Shown: positions 37,800 to 51,300 of the stretch, in pieces
How the letters are laid out: every line of letters starts with the position of its first letter
How positions within the stretch are numbered: position 1 is the stretch's first letter
Assembly (NCBI GenBank): GCA_030265395.1
Contig: JARFYF010000066.1
Span: forward strand, 18,165,653 to 18,229,652
DNA length: 64,000 nt
Origin: Rhina ancylostomus
Taxonomy: Eukaryota
Reading direction: 5' to 3'
Translations under genes and position numbers: made by a program
The notes under the pieces: generated by a model
What the model saw: the letters and a program-made list of their open reading frames with translations, nothing else
Databases searched by the model: none
Told to the model about the DNA's origin: nothing

Positions 37800-40479
37800 A
37801 AGGTCCAGGACTCAAGAGCCTGAGATGAAGAAACCACAAGTTTCAGGATGGTGTGCAATTTGGAGAGGAGCTTTTTGGGGGGGAAGTACTCCCATGCACC
37901 CATTGTCCTGGTCCTCCTAGGTGGTAGATATTAAAAGTTCAGGAGATGTCAAAGCAGCTTTGGTAATTGCGATGCATTTTGCAGAGTCATACAGTGCAAC
38001 CACAGTGTGCTAATGCTCAAACTGGTGGTTAACTGGTTAAGAGTACAAATCATGCTGATTTAGCTTCAAGTGTTGCCAGAATAGCACTCATTCAGGTAAA
38101 ATATAACCTATTCACCAGTGAGCAGTTTGATGGCAAGCACCAAGGGCAAACCTTCCATACTTTGCTACTGATCAAAAGTGATAGGGCGTTAATGGGCTAG
38201 ATTGGATTTGCCCCATATTTTATGGGCAGGATGTACTTGGGCAATTCTTCACATTCTTATGATACTTCCTCTCATCCAACATCTACATTTAATTAGGATC
38301 AAGCTAAATATTTGAACATTGTTAGTGAATTGGATATCCTTGTGACTGAACTCAGTTTAGCTTGTTTGAATCTTGGAGGTAGAATGCCCGTCAGCGTACA
38401 TCTGTGCTTGAAGTGATTTCCAAATTTAAATGCAAATCCAAGTTCGTGTGAACATCTTGTGACTCTTCAACTGAATGCAAATAGCAGCATATCTGTTGTA
38501 GAATTCTCAAGTTAATCGCCACAGTGCTTGCACCATGTGCCCTAAAAGCCTAAAATGCCCAAGTTGACCTTAATATAGCAATGAGTGTTTAAAGCCAAGG
38601 TAAGGAGCTTGTGGAGATTGGTCTCTGCAAGAAAACAGTGTCAGTTAGAACCTCAAAAGGTCCTTGTCACACTTGGCCCTTCATCCCCTAATTGCTCTGT
38701 AGAGTACATGAATTCAGGATTAGATTAGAGAATCCAATTTTGCTTGGCGACAAGGGAACAGTATCAGAGCTGCCTGCACTTCAAGATACAAAGCAACTTC
38801 TGGGAGCAAAAGAAGAAATTACCCAAATATCCAATGTTAAATTTAAAATTTACAGGTACATTTAGACACCTCCTAATGAAACCAATGCTCAAAACTGCAA
38901 CTCATAACCGTAATGCTGGCTCTGCACATCTCTTCAGTACAAATACAAAAGCAGCTTTCTATATAAATAAAGTCTTTTGAATAAATAGAGTCTCCTTCAG
39001 CAGTTCAGAATGTTATGCACTGGGTAAGTGAGTCATACAGACCATAAGTTCAAACTGTGACTGCCCACCTTAGTGAGCTGGGGCAGCAGTGACATTTCTA
39101 TCATGTTTCTATTCTGAGTTGGAATGGTGAGTTTGGGGTGCGATGAGATGAAATGGACAATGTTTAAAAAATAGGCATTAGATAGTAATAGGGCACTCTT
39201 ATCAATGGCGTTTCAGGAAACTTGGGTAATTTTCTGTGGAAGGATTAGACATATTCCTACTCTATTCCTGTTAACACACACTTTCTTCACAAATAACGAT
39301 TACATGTGCATGGACTGCCTCCAGGTGAGTGGGAGGTGAAGTGGAAGGGCAGGGTGTAGGGATAGTGGGGATGAAAGAAAAAACTAGTACAACAAATCTG
39401 ATGGAAAAAATTGATTAAACATATTAACACCTATTAACATTTTATTGCTAATGTGCTGGATGGCTGAAATAACAAACATTAATTTACAACAGTGAAATTG
39501 AAGACTGATCTTGTAACTGGCTAAACGATTGCCAGGTTAACAGATGCACTGAGAAACTTTGGAAGTAAAATTATTAATTACAAGTTATGGTAGAATCAGC
39601 CGATACAAGGGAAAAGGCAATATTAGCAGGATTGCTGTTGAAACTTGTGAATTGCGGTTCAAAACATTTACCATAATCTAAAAATTAAGAGCTTGATTTT
39701 AAATTTGAGGAAAAAAAACATATGCATGCATTAAAAATTGAATTAAAATAAAGAAAAGCAAGGGTAAAGGCATACATTGCATGGGACAGAAGGTGAAAGG
39801 ATAGTGAGACGAAGGGAGGAGAAAGAACATGAAAAATCAAGTATGAACTGGGTGACTGCAAACAAGGTATTAAAACCCTGATTTACAGATAGATAGGGTA
39901 ATGCAGCAGCCAAAACTTCATTGTAACATGGTCAAAATATTTTTAAAAGAAAATATAGATAACTTCAGACATCTCAGGGTTACTGAAGGGATCCATTCCT
40001 GGGAATTATCCATAAGCCAATTTTTCCATAAATCAGAAACATCCATTTTCTACGGTATCAATCATTCTGCATGCTCTTCCTTGAATTCCTTCAATTGAGT
40101 ATTTTCGACCGAACACTACCCATAATTAAATCAATACTGTAACCAGTTGTTAATGAAACATGTTGTTGTTATTACAGTGAAAAATTCATTAAAGATTTAT
40201 GGGAGAATTTGCATAAAACCTGGTTTCTGCAAGTCAAGTCTTCTGTAATCCAGGGAGCCCCTATATTTCTGGGAAATTTCCAATCTTAACTTCTCTGCCA
40301 GGCAGGAAGTAACAGCATGAAAAGAGGACTTGAAGAGGCAGTGCAATGCAACTCAGAACACCACAGGCTGCCAAACTACCCTCAAATCAAACAGCATCTC
40401 TGAGGTCATAAAATTTCCCAAAGCATTTTTCAGGACGAGAGGATCTCGGATTGTAAATCTGAGATTTTCAAAATTAAAA

Positions 40480-41950
40480 TGAGTGCTTGAGAGAAAAATT
40501 TAGCTGCCGACATAAATGGGAATCCAGAAGTGTTTTATATGCATGTGAATAGTACAAGAGTAGTTCAGAGATGAGTGGGACCCATTAAGGACAAAACTTT
40601 CACATGGATGCTGAGGGCAGGATGAAGGTATTAAATGGGTACTTAGTATCTATTTTCACCATGGAAAATTATGCTTCTGATGTAAAGCAGAGAAGTCAGT
40701 CGACACACTAGTTTTATTAAAAATTAACAGCACCAGAAGTATTAGAGAAGTCGACCAAGTTTCAAGTAGAAACTGGCGCCAGAACTGGACAGGAAGCACC
40801 GACATTGAGGGACGTAGGGGAGGAAGCAACAAAGGCACTAATCATAATATTCTAATGTGCTTTAGCTAGGGAGCTGGTCACGGAGGATCGGAGAGAAGCA
40901 AATGACACCGCCTTGAACAAAAGGTTAAGTCAGCAACTGCAGACCAGTTAATTTAAAGCTCAAAGGTGAGGGGAAACCGTTGACCCATGACAAAATTCAT
41001 TGTCATCTGGAGGAAAATCGATCAGGAGGTTTGTTAATGCGAAATAGTGTATTTGATGGAATTTGATAGAATCTTTGGCTAAATTAACAGCTAGAGGATA
41101 ATGCAATCATTGTAATGTACATTAACTTTCAGTAGGCTTCTCATCAGGTGCCACATGACAGGCTTATTAATAAAGTTGAAGCAGATGACATAAAAGGAAC
41201 AAATTGGATACAAAATTGGCCAAGTAACAGCCAACAAACTGTCAAGATAAACGGATGCTTTTCAGGGCGGAGTAAGGTGAAAAGTGTTGTAGTCACTCTT
41301 TTTCCCCCCATCTACATTAATGACCTTGACTTGGAAATTTTAGCAGCTTTGTGAATTGTACAGAAACAGCAGCAGGATATAAACGTGCTGGAAGATTGGG
41401 CTGCCGTATGGGAAATGAAGTTTGACACAGGCAAATGTGAAGGGATACATTTTGGTAGGAAGGGGAAGAGGCAATATAAATTAAAGGTTAACGTTTTAAA
41501 AGGGGTGCAGAGCAGAGGGACCGGGGTGTGTGTGTACAAATCATTGAAAAAGCAGGACAGGTTGAGAAAGTTGTGGACATGCTCTGTTGGTGCCAGAAGC
41601 ACTGTGACACGTGGGCTGCCCCCAGAACACTTCTATGCAAAAGATGCATTTTACTGTGTGTTTCAATGTACATGTGACTAATAAAAGATATTATGTCATC
41701 ATCAAATGGTTAATAAGGCATACACATATCTANNNTTAATAAGGCATACACATATCTAGGCAATGCTCATCTAAAAAGCTGTGCTGGACTCATCTGAAGT
41801 ACTGTTCTCAATTCTGGTAGCTATATTACAGGAAGGATGTGAGGGCATTAGGAAGGCCAGAAAAATATACAAGAATAGTTTCCAGTTTGAGGGTCTACAG
41901 GTACAAGGATAAGAAAAAATGCTGGGACTGTTTTCTTTTGGGAAGGCCAA
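40480..41950 (+). mobile_element. Decayed CR1 LINE RT region with a SINE tail inserted at ~41575-41700
   Basis: VPHDRLINKV...NWIQNW, IYINDLD and WEMKFDTGKCEGIHFGRK motifs. Confidence 0.85.
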
Positions 41951-44228
41951 GGAAAACATACCATGGAAAACCCTCCATTTACAGCTTAAATGTTTGCTGA
42001 TGTACATTACACCACCGGAGGAGCATTAATGCTCAGTTAAAATAATGTTAAGCGTAACAAGAGATACATAAACTAAAATTTTTTACAGTAACATCCATTC
42101 CATGAAAACAATAATCTACTACTAAAATTTTGTTAAGAAATCCATATGAACTGTACCACTTTTGCAGCTACCAAGTTATTCTAACCAATAAATTTTCATT
42201 TTCCCTTAAAATACAACAACATAAATGTCACAATTTGTTGCCAGGCAAATTCCCTCACGAGAACATCAAAACTCAAAATCATTTGGGATGAAGTTAATAT
42301 TCAAAACAATGAATTCTAATAACACAAAGTCCATTTACATCAATCTTATGCAAGGATGTGAACAATATGCCATTTCTGCCACCTAGTAACAGCTTCCCAC
42401 CAGTGAAATGGTAAGCATGCATATCTGCAGGAAAGGAACCACAGTGCTTTCAATACGTGACAAGAGAATAAACTCACCCATAGTCATATGAATATAATTA
42501 GTTACAGAAACTGTTGTTTAAGATGAGTAGTAATCTTGATCTGAATTTTTAACATAGGGCACAAATTGTTTAGAAATATTTTAGCTAAAGATAAATTCAG
42601 TAACAGAATTAGAGTTAAATAACAACTCATTCCTAACACCAACTTATCCTTGATAGCTACATTTGTTCAAATTATGGGTTAATTCATCCAAATAACTTAA
42701 GTACAAGGTAAAGACGGCAATTCATTTAATGCAGCACATCCCTTGAATTAATTCCAGATACAAAGATTAAGTACAGGATTTTGATTTTCGCGGCAAATAA
42801 TTTTGGCTCAAACATTATCTTAGATTCAGCAGCAGCCTGCATTAGTCTCCAGTTTCACAAACTAATTTTTGAATAAAGTTTCAATAAAAAACTCACTGCT
42901 TTTGGCAACTACACTAGGGAAAGAAAGAACTGCTGAGAAGTTTAAAAATCTACACAGAAACTGAATACAAAACAAATTGAGAAATCTATTTTTCATAAGT
43001 ATGTATATAGCTTCAATATTCAGCAGCCAAAAGGAAAAAAAATCTGATCTTGGATCTAAGTCCATCTGCAACTAAGGATGATCTTATTATATCAGGAGGG
43101 ATACCATACAAGGAAACATGTGAACAAAAAAAATCCATGGTGTCAGCATATTATGGAAAAAATATTACACAAATGGTATATTAAAACTTCATTTTGAAAG
43201 ACTTGTCAGAGCATCAACATTTTATCTCATGCCAGCCCATGAACTTGTCGACTGAGAAACAATAGGTAAAGCAACTTTAAAACGTGATCATGATATTTCC
43301 CTCTGACTGTTCCCCTCCTTTCCCAATTTATCTATAGCTACATCAATTTCCAATGAACTTAAGCAAAATTCTCAGCAAGCTATTTGACCATTTGGAAGCA
43401 GAGAGGGTTGCCCCTTATGAAATCATTCCATTGGTGCACAAATTGTGCCCTCAAAAATCACCGATTCGATGTACAAGACTAGTATTACTTTGGCCAAAAT
43501 AATGACCTGGATTTGTACAACATTTTCAGACCTCAGTGACTCTCAGCACCTCGCAGCTATTTGAGGTGCAGCAATTCTGTAATGTAAAGCTTCCACAAAA
43601 ACAAATCCTAAGAATTCAAGGATAGGAATTAAAATCCACATTAATTAAAATTAAAAGGAACAAAAGTAAAATGCATCTTGCCCTCAAATTTCAACCATCA
43701 AGCACTAAAATGCTTAAATAGCATTTTTGATAGATTTTGTCTGGATTGCAACTCAACTACATAATCCACAATTTCTACTGATTTACAGATAACATTGAAT
43801 CACAAAAGGAGAGAAGATATTAAGATATTAAGCTTCCACATTAAAGTTTCAACAATTGACTGATTAAAGGCATTCACAAAGAATGACGTCAAACATTTGT
43901 TAGTTGAGCTATGAAACTAAAGCCAAAATAGGGCAACTTTGTGCCTGACAGCATTTAAATTTTATTCTAGAAACTCATTCATTTCTGTGCATCCCTAGCA
44001 AGCGAACACACAAAATGCTTGTGGCTGCTGGGTTCATGTGATGTCTGATAATTTGATACCATAAAACCAAAGTAGAACTTGCATGACATAAGATGCATTA
44101 TTTTCATAATGTTAAGTCTATGCAATCTCACCACTGTGTGCAAACTTTGAAAAGCAACAAATGATTTCAAGTTTACAACTGAAGGCAGCAGTGGCATACT
44201 TAATGCAAGAAGTTCTAAATCAGACTTT

Positions 44229-44685
44229 TGGAATTGGTTTATTGTCACTTGTACGAAGGTACAGTCAAAAACTTGTCTTGCATACTGTTCATACAGATCA
44301 TTACAAAATGCATTGAGATAGTACAAGGTAAAACAATACAGAATGTAGAATAAAGTGTTACAGCTACAGAGAAAGTGCAGTGCAGGTACACAATAATGTG
44401 CAAAGTCATAATGAGGGAGATTGCGAGGTCAAGAGTTCATCTTATCGTACTAGGGGATTGTTCAATAGTCTTATAACAGCAGAACAGAAGCAGTTGTTAA
44501 GCCTGCTGGTAGATGCTTTCAGGTTTTTGGATCTTTTGTCCGATGGGAGACGTGAAAAGAGAGAATGTCTGGGTTAGGAGGGGCCTTTGAATACGTTGGC
44601 TGCTTTGCTGAGGTAGCAAGAAGTATAGACAGAGTCCATGGTGGGGACTGGTTTCCGTGACGTGTTGAGCTGTGTCCATAACTCT
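44229..44685 (-). mobile_element. Rex1/Babar LINE 3' end (relatively young)
   Basis: Reverse complement resembles the LLPSGRRYRSLK region and 3' UTR ending aataaaccaattcca; similar to the element at 56510. Confidence 0.75.
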
Positions 44686-45134
44686 AGATCAACCAATAGC
44701 ACCATGCAACAAAGATGTTTTTTTTCCTCTTTTCAGTTCTCTCTAAGGTTTAGTATATCAATGTTTTTGATAATAGGGATTTTTCAGGGTTTTTGGTCCA
44801 GAAAATTAACTTTTTCTTTCCACAGATGCAGCCTGACTTGTGAGTGTTTCCCACATCTGCAGCATTTTTGGTTTGCATTCTAATGCCTTTTGCTTATGGA
44901 AAATGCAAATTGCGACTTATTTTTTGCAGGATGAAACCTGAAACTGATCAGATATTATCATCCAGTGATCCAATATTAATTAGCAAAGTCTGCTAGATCA
45001 GGTCCATTCTAAATCGCTTCAGACTGTTCTAATTTTATCTAAAACAGTTTAAGATATTACACAACCAGATGCATCTTGAACAAGGTACATTCATTTCTCT
45101 TGCCACTTTGTCAAGAATTGCAACTAAAAACATC

Positions 45135-45255
45135 TCATTGGTTTGAGAGATTTTGCTGTGCACAAATTGGCTGCTGATTCCTACACTTTATTAATGACTA
45201 CACTTTGGCTGAAAACTATTTGGGATGACAAGATTCTGAAAGTTGCATACAAATT
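45135..45255 (+). mobile_element. Deu-SINE (AmnSINE/SacSINE-type) core remnant
   Basis: ttttgctgtgcacaaattggctgctg...atgactacacttt matches the recalled Deu-domain; a similar piece lies at ~54820-54850. Confidence 0.55.
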
Positions 45256-47959
45256 CCACCATCCTTCTGAGTTTTACAATTACCACTTCGAAAAGAATGA
45301 ATTACGCTCTACCTACTTTATCTACAGAAGAACTCCTGAAACACAGATCCCCAATTAACATTTCTTTAACGAGTTATTTATGGAGCACTTCAAAAGCAAT
45401 CTATGGTGAAACTGTCTTCACCTTATAAAATTCAGAGGTATTTGGATTTTCTCATGAAATTTACTACTTGATACAAAGGTGAGCTTACATTTAAAGGTCA
45501 ATTGTGTCACTTAAAAAATTGTTTATTCAAAACAGTAGCTGACTATTGTATTCAACAGCAAAAATAACGAACAAAAATATTTTAATGATAGCAACAGTAA
45601 ACAAAGACTTCTGTTCAAAAATTGCTTTGCTCTTATGGTAAGAAAATCACATTTGATAAAATATAAGATGGTCAGTTTGGTCTCAGAATATTTTAACAAC
45701 AGACACATGCCCATGTAAAAAATTTTTTTTTTTTACAGTTATCATTAGAGCAAGGAAGAATTGCTAAAAAAAATTAAGGAATGGTGATTTTTTTCCTCAG
45801 AGTCATTGAAGTAAACCCTTGACATTGATTTATTATGTTGCTAAAAATAACTTTTTGTCCATTAGCCACAGCCACATACAGCTAATTAAATAATGATGTG
45901 CCTGATCTCAATAATGCTCTGCATGGTGTACACTTGAACCTTAGTGCATTTGCTGGCAAAATGTTAAGAGGAGAAACAATGTTTGTGACTGTTTTAAGAT
46001 TGCTGAGTAAATGATTCCCATGAATAATTGGTCACTAATATGCTATCTGCAAAACGGTGAAAATGCCAGACTTCAGAGATGCACGAGAACATTGTATGGG
46101 GAGGGAAAGACCAGCTCAGAATAAGTATTCCAGGCGAACACAGGAAAGCAAAAGGAACCAATTTCAACAGCAAGGTAAAGAGCACCCCAATTCACCCAGC
46201 CTTGAAGTGTGTCAGAATTATCAACAGTCTTATCAAATCAAAGCACTGCTCCCAATTCTTGGACAAAAGCTGGAAGATACACAGATATGTTCATGTCAGA
46301 ATTCTAAACATTGGCAAAGGAAGAATTCTGAAGTGAACATTGGCACATGATTAATATTTATATTTAAATGAACAAAATATCTTGTAAATAATGCACATCT
46401 ACTTGAGCATATAGTATTATGTACAAAAGATAGTGCATGTATCTAAAATTGTGTTGCTATGGTCATATCTAATTCTATTAGTTAACAACAGTCTGGTTAA
46501 TCAGACACTTTCATGGACAATTTAAGGCATTAATCTCAAACAGTGCAAGGACCTCTGGTGTCCCTTGAACTCCAATTACTATGGCAACCAACAATCATCC
46601 ACACAGTGTTGTTTCTCTTGGTACATATTGGATAAACATTCCAGGCCCTGAACTCTAGGAACTGAATGTCCCCGTAAAACTGGGAAACATCCAATTACAC
46701 ATAGCTGCATTTATTTTATGCAGTTACTGTACATATTAGTTTCTAGCCATCAAAAATTCAACTACATCTATATCAACTTATTCAAAATCCTTTAGCATTG
46801 CTTTATTAAAAAGTAGCTAAACCACTGATATGCAGCATCCCACTCAACACCAGAGAAAAAAAACAAAATGAAAAGTCTGGCAACCAAAAATATTGTGCTT
46901 GACTTTCAAATAGAAAACCTGTCCCAAAATCTATAATAATGTAACAATTCTGCAAGATTAACCATTCCAGTATTTTACAAAGATAGTGTTAAAATGAATT
47001 GCATAGTGTGTATAATGACTGTCTTTATGCACTTCCTCCCCAGTGCAATTTAATGTAGAATGTGCAGATTTTGGAATGAAAGACTAGGTCCAAAGGGAGA
47101 TTTGGAGAACGATGTGGCATCCACGGTCAAGCTATCTCTTACATGAAAACAACGTGAAGGTAACTTTCATCTCATTATAAATCTTCACTGGAAGTTGTAA
47201 AGATTTTGCTCTTGGGGGAGAATAAGAATACCATACCAGATACGATTTTAAGTCTAGTCATGAGATAGAGAAAACTGAATGGACCCATCAAAAATTTGTT
47301 TAATGCAAGTCAGCAGTGCAATACAAAGATTATCTGCTTTGCCTACTTTCTCTGAAGCTTGATGTACTGCACAAACCCAGTGCCAGCTACAGTGGCTAAA
47401 TGTGTTTGCTGGCTTTATGGATCTAATAAACATACAAAAGGACAGCACATTTATCAACAGCTAGATGTTTTTTTTAATTCTTGATGACAGAATTCAATCA
47501 ATTTAATCAGTAAGACAGTCCATATTAAGAAAAAGATTGGAGGTATTCAGCTGATTCAAAAGCTTTCAGAACACAGTAATGTTCATATTTGGCAGCATGT
47601 GAAAGAAAATCAAATGAATGTGAAGAAAATTACCAAAGTTAAAAGGAGAGAGCAGCAGACAAGAGAATGAAGANNNNNNNNNNNNNNNNNNNNNNNGTAC
47701 CTTGAAGAGTGAAGGTGCAAAACATTTCACCCACTTTTACATTTCACAAAATTACACATTAAAAAAAACCTGATTTTATTTGTACTGTGTAAAGGTCATC
47801 AGTTGGCCTCAATAGCCTGACACAGGAGAAGTTAATTATTGATAGGGTTTCCAAATCTGATCCATACCTCAAAGTCTTAGCCGGCTCAGTTTGCAACACT
47901 AGCTTGCAAATAGACCCCAAGCCTTTGAGCCACATTATCCCAATCAAAAGAAAAAGATA

Positions 47960-48390
47960 ATCCTTCTGTTGCATACCCTGCCTCCATAATACTCATCACC
48001 CCTAGGCTAGAATCTTGCTGGCCTAGGTCTCATCCTCTATTCTCAATAAACATATGTTCATCTTAAACATTGAGCCTTTCCCATTTCATAATGTTCCACT
48101 CCACGAGCCTCCTCCTACAACATAGTTTCTAGTCCCCCAGAATTCTCAATCTAGAATTCATTCTTGTCTTTAAATCCTTTCATTGCCTCTCACTTAACTC
48201 TCTGCAGCCTCCTCCAGCCCAACAGCCTTTCAAGAATGGTTCCCAACTCTACTGCACTTCTCACCCCAATGGTCACCATATCTTAAATCATCTCTGCCCC
48301 TTCTAGAACACCTTTCTGAAATCTCTCCACCCTTTCACCTTCCTCTCCCCAAAACCCATCTTCTTGACCATGCTCTGGTTAGTCCAAATT
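47960..48390 (+). mobile_element. Decayed L2-like LINE 3' fragment
   Basis: attcttgtctttaaatcctttcattgcct...ctctgcagcctcctccagccc, a pyrimidine-rich L2-type C-terminus. Confidence 0.5.
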
Positions 48391-51300
48391 AAATCCTGTT
48401 GCTTCATGTGTGGAAAATTTCAGAACTTTGTAAAAGACATCATAAAGTAATTGGTGTTATTTGCATAAGCACTGATAAGGGTACAGCTGTGCCATTCAAT
48501 CATTTTCCTCTCTCCCCATTGCACTTCCTTTGCCAGAAAAAACTAGCATTCACTGCCAACACATCAAGAAGAATGCAAATTCTCAAACATAGATGCTTCT
48601 GAGACTCCTGGAACTGTTCTCCAGAACTGTTCTCTTTGGGAGAGACAAAAGAGGGAGGAAAGTAGTCAAAAGGAAATATGTTCGGAAGAACGGTCCTCAA
48701 TTCTGCTCTGGACCACAGTATCACATCCAAAAACTGCAGTGCTAGAAACTGGTCCCACATTACCGAATGATCAAGTTATTCAATACCATTTTAATTAATT
48801 TACTTCTATTTCTCCTGTGCCCTTTCCCCAAAAGATGTTATGGTTTCACTTGTCCTTTTATTGTTTGGGTGGGCTGACTTAATGTCTCTGAGGTTTAACA
48901 ATGTAAAAGGGGAAGGTTGGGTGAATGTGGTGGAATTGGGGTGGTGACAGCAGAATAGAATAAGAACTGCCATAACGCCCAAATTTGTTGGGGGTGGAAA
49001 CTACTTCATTCATTGCCCTCTCTTCTACCCCTCTCCAAAGGTAATGCTGTTTACAGTGACATAAATATCATGACTCATTCCTATACCTAAATACCTGTTT
49101 TCACAGATATAGATGGCTTTTCCATTTACGAGAATTAGATTCAAATTTGACAGCACCTTTCCATTCAATGATAGGGAAAATACTTCAAATGTAAGCCAAA
49201 ACCTGATAACAATGCAACAAGTGCCAAAAGTGAAGTTCCACTGGAAAGCAAGGCACCTGATGGAGACAATCTTTTCCCCAGATTACAAGAATGTCATATA
49301 GTTCAAACAAACACTCAGCTACAGTAGTTAAACATAATCTCTCCATTCCCTTGGCTCAAATAAACTCTAGACCTCACAACTGAACAAACTGTTTCAGTCC
49401 TTAAACACACAACAGTTATTGTACAACAAAGGACCCATTAAGGAATTCGATATTCCCTTGCAGACAAAATGTTCAATGGTTTCAAAGACACTAAAAAAAA
49501 TTCAGTGTGAATAAAGAACCGCGTGAAATCCATGTGAGGATTGATCTTTCAAAGCATACACGTAGGTTTATACAAAAAAATCCCAAGACCCAATATAACT
49601 AACAATTCTTATTGATAGCTGCTGGAAATTAGTGTCAATTCAAATACATGAAACTTGAAAATAAAGATTAGCATTTACATTTCACAGCTCAGGTATTCAT
49701 TGGTTTGATCAGAAATTTAGGACAATGAAGTCAAATCAGTTGCAAATGCATATTTAATATGGAATCATAAATGTACTCCATCCATCTTTTGACTCAGCCA
49801 CGACCAAGTTCCTTTTCTTACAACTTTACTCAGGAGATATGGCAATTTAATATGTACCTTAGAGCAGCAGCTCCAGCATTCTATTATACACTCCAGCAAG
49901 TTTAAGCTAAACCAATGCATTAGAAAAAAGCTTATTTTAAATTTAAAGGAACTAAATAAATTACTTGAACAAAAATTATTCTTGATTTGAGGTTCAAATC
50001 ATAAACAGCTGTCAACCAATAACATCCAAGAAAAGCAGATCATTTTGTTGGTACCACTCCACCATCCAAAGTGTTCATCCCTCCACCATAAGCACACCAT
50101 GGCTGCAGTATGTACCAGCAAAAGACACCAATTTGCAGCCTCTATCACCAAGGCCAAGGGGAACAGGCACATGGGAATACCTGATGGTTCGCCTCTGAGC
50201 CGCACATGAGCCCTTCACTGCTTGCAAACCTTGGAACTCCCAACCCAAAAACACAGTGACAGTACCTTTATCAGATGGACTGCAACAGCTAAAGGTGATA
50301 GCTCACCACACTTTCAAGGGCAATTAAGGATGAGAAATAAATTTCTGGCCTTCAAAAAAAATGTGAAGAATATTTCAGATGGTCTAAATCTGAAATAAAA
50401 ACAGGGAATTTTATCTTATTAAACCAGGAAGCATCTGTACAGAGAAAATGTTAGTATTTCAGGCTGATGGCCTTTGATCAGAACTGAAATATAGAAATAT
50501 AAATATTAAGATACAGAGAAGAAGAATGGGAACAAGGTAGAAAGAAACAAAACAGGAGATTTAGGTCAGGATGCAAGGAGGGAGCTAAGATCCACTTTGC
50601 AAGGCTATAAAGGATTGTTAAGGGACAAGAAACAAAATATAGGTCTTGGGAAGGGACAAAGGTTAGGTGAAATTGTTTAATTTTGAATCAAGACTATAGT
50701 GCATGGAGAACAACGGATAGGTCAAAGTGGGACTAGGACAAAATTGAAACATTGGCTCACTCTTTGTTACAATAAAAGTGCTCCCTAAAAGGATCACTCC
50801 ATCTGTACTTGGTTTTCCCTAATGTAGACAAAACTGCAAATGTACTACAACATTTGCACAAGAAATGTTGTGCACAACACTTGCACAAGAAAGTGCAAAT
50901 CTTTGCTTCACCTGGAAAAAATGTTCAGGGGTCTAAAAGGTATGAAGGAATGAGGAAGAGAGATGATGTACCCTGTGTGGGCAAGTGCTGTGGGATGTTT
51001 CACAAGGTGATCCACCCATCAAGAATAAAAGCAGAAAATGCAAGTGGTATCATGTCTGAGTCCAACGTAAAACTCAGAAAGCAAGTTTACCATTATGTTT
51101 GTTATCATTAATCACCAACAAACTCCTCTTCAATCTTGCACTATCTTTGGCAGCTGACAGATATGCAGAACCCACCTTTTCCCATTTTCTTAGTTCAAGC
51201 GAGACATGACAACATTTGAGTGTTCTGACAAGCTACAAACTGAAATCCTTTAGTGCAATACAAAGTGATAGTATGCAGCAGCATATAACTGAACAATCTG

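Noticed and set aside
41710-41758. ttaataaggcatacacatatcta duplicated around nn
   Set aside because: Gap-closing artefact.
46918-46930. ILGQ followed by GT, considered as the end of furin exon 2; also YGFLN at ~42135 and WAV at ~39060
   Set aside because: In-frame stops nearby and no TNTWAV or signal-peptide context.
50851-50900. Small palindromic cluster atttgcacaagaaa-tgttgtgcacaaca-cttgcacaagaaagtgcaaat
   Set aside because: Short; consistent with slippage or template-switch noise, with no functional evidence.
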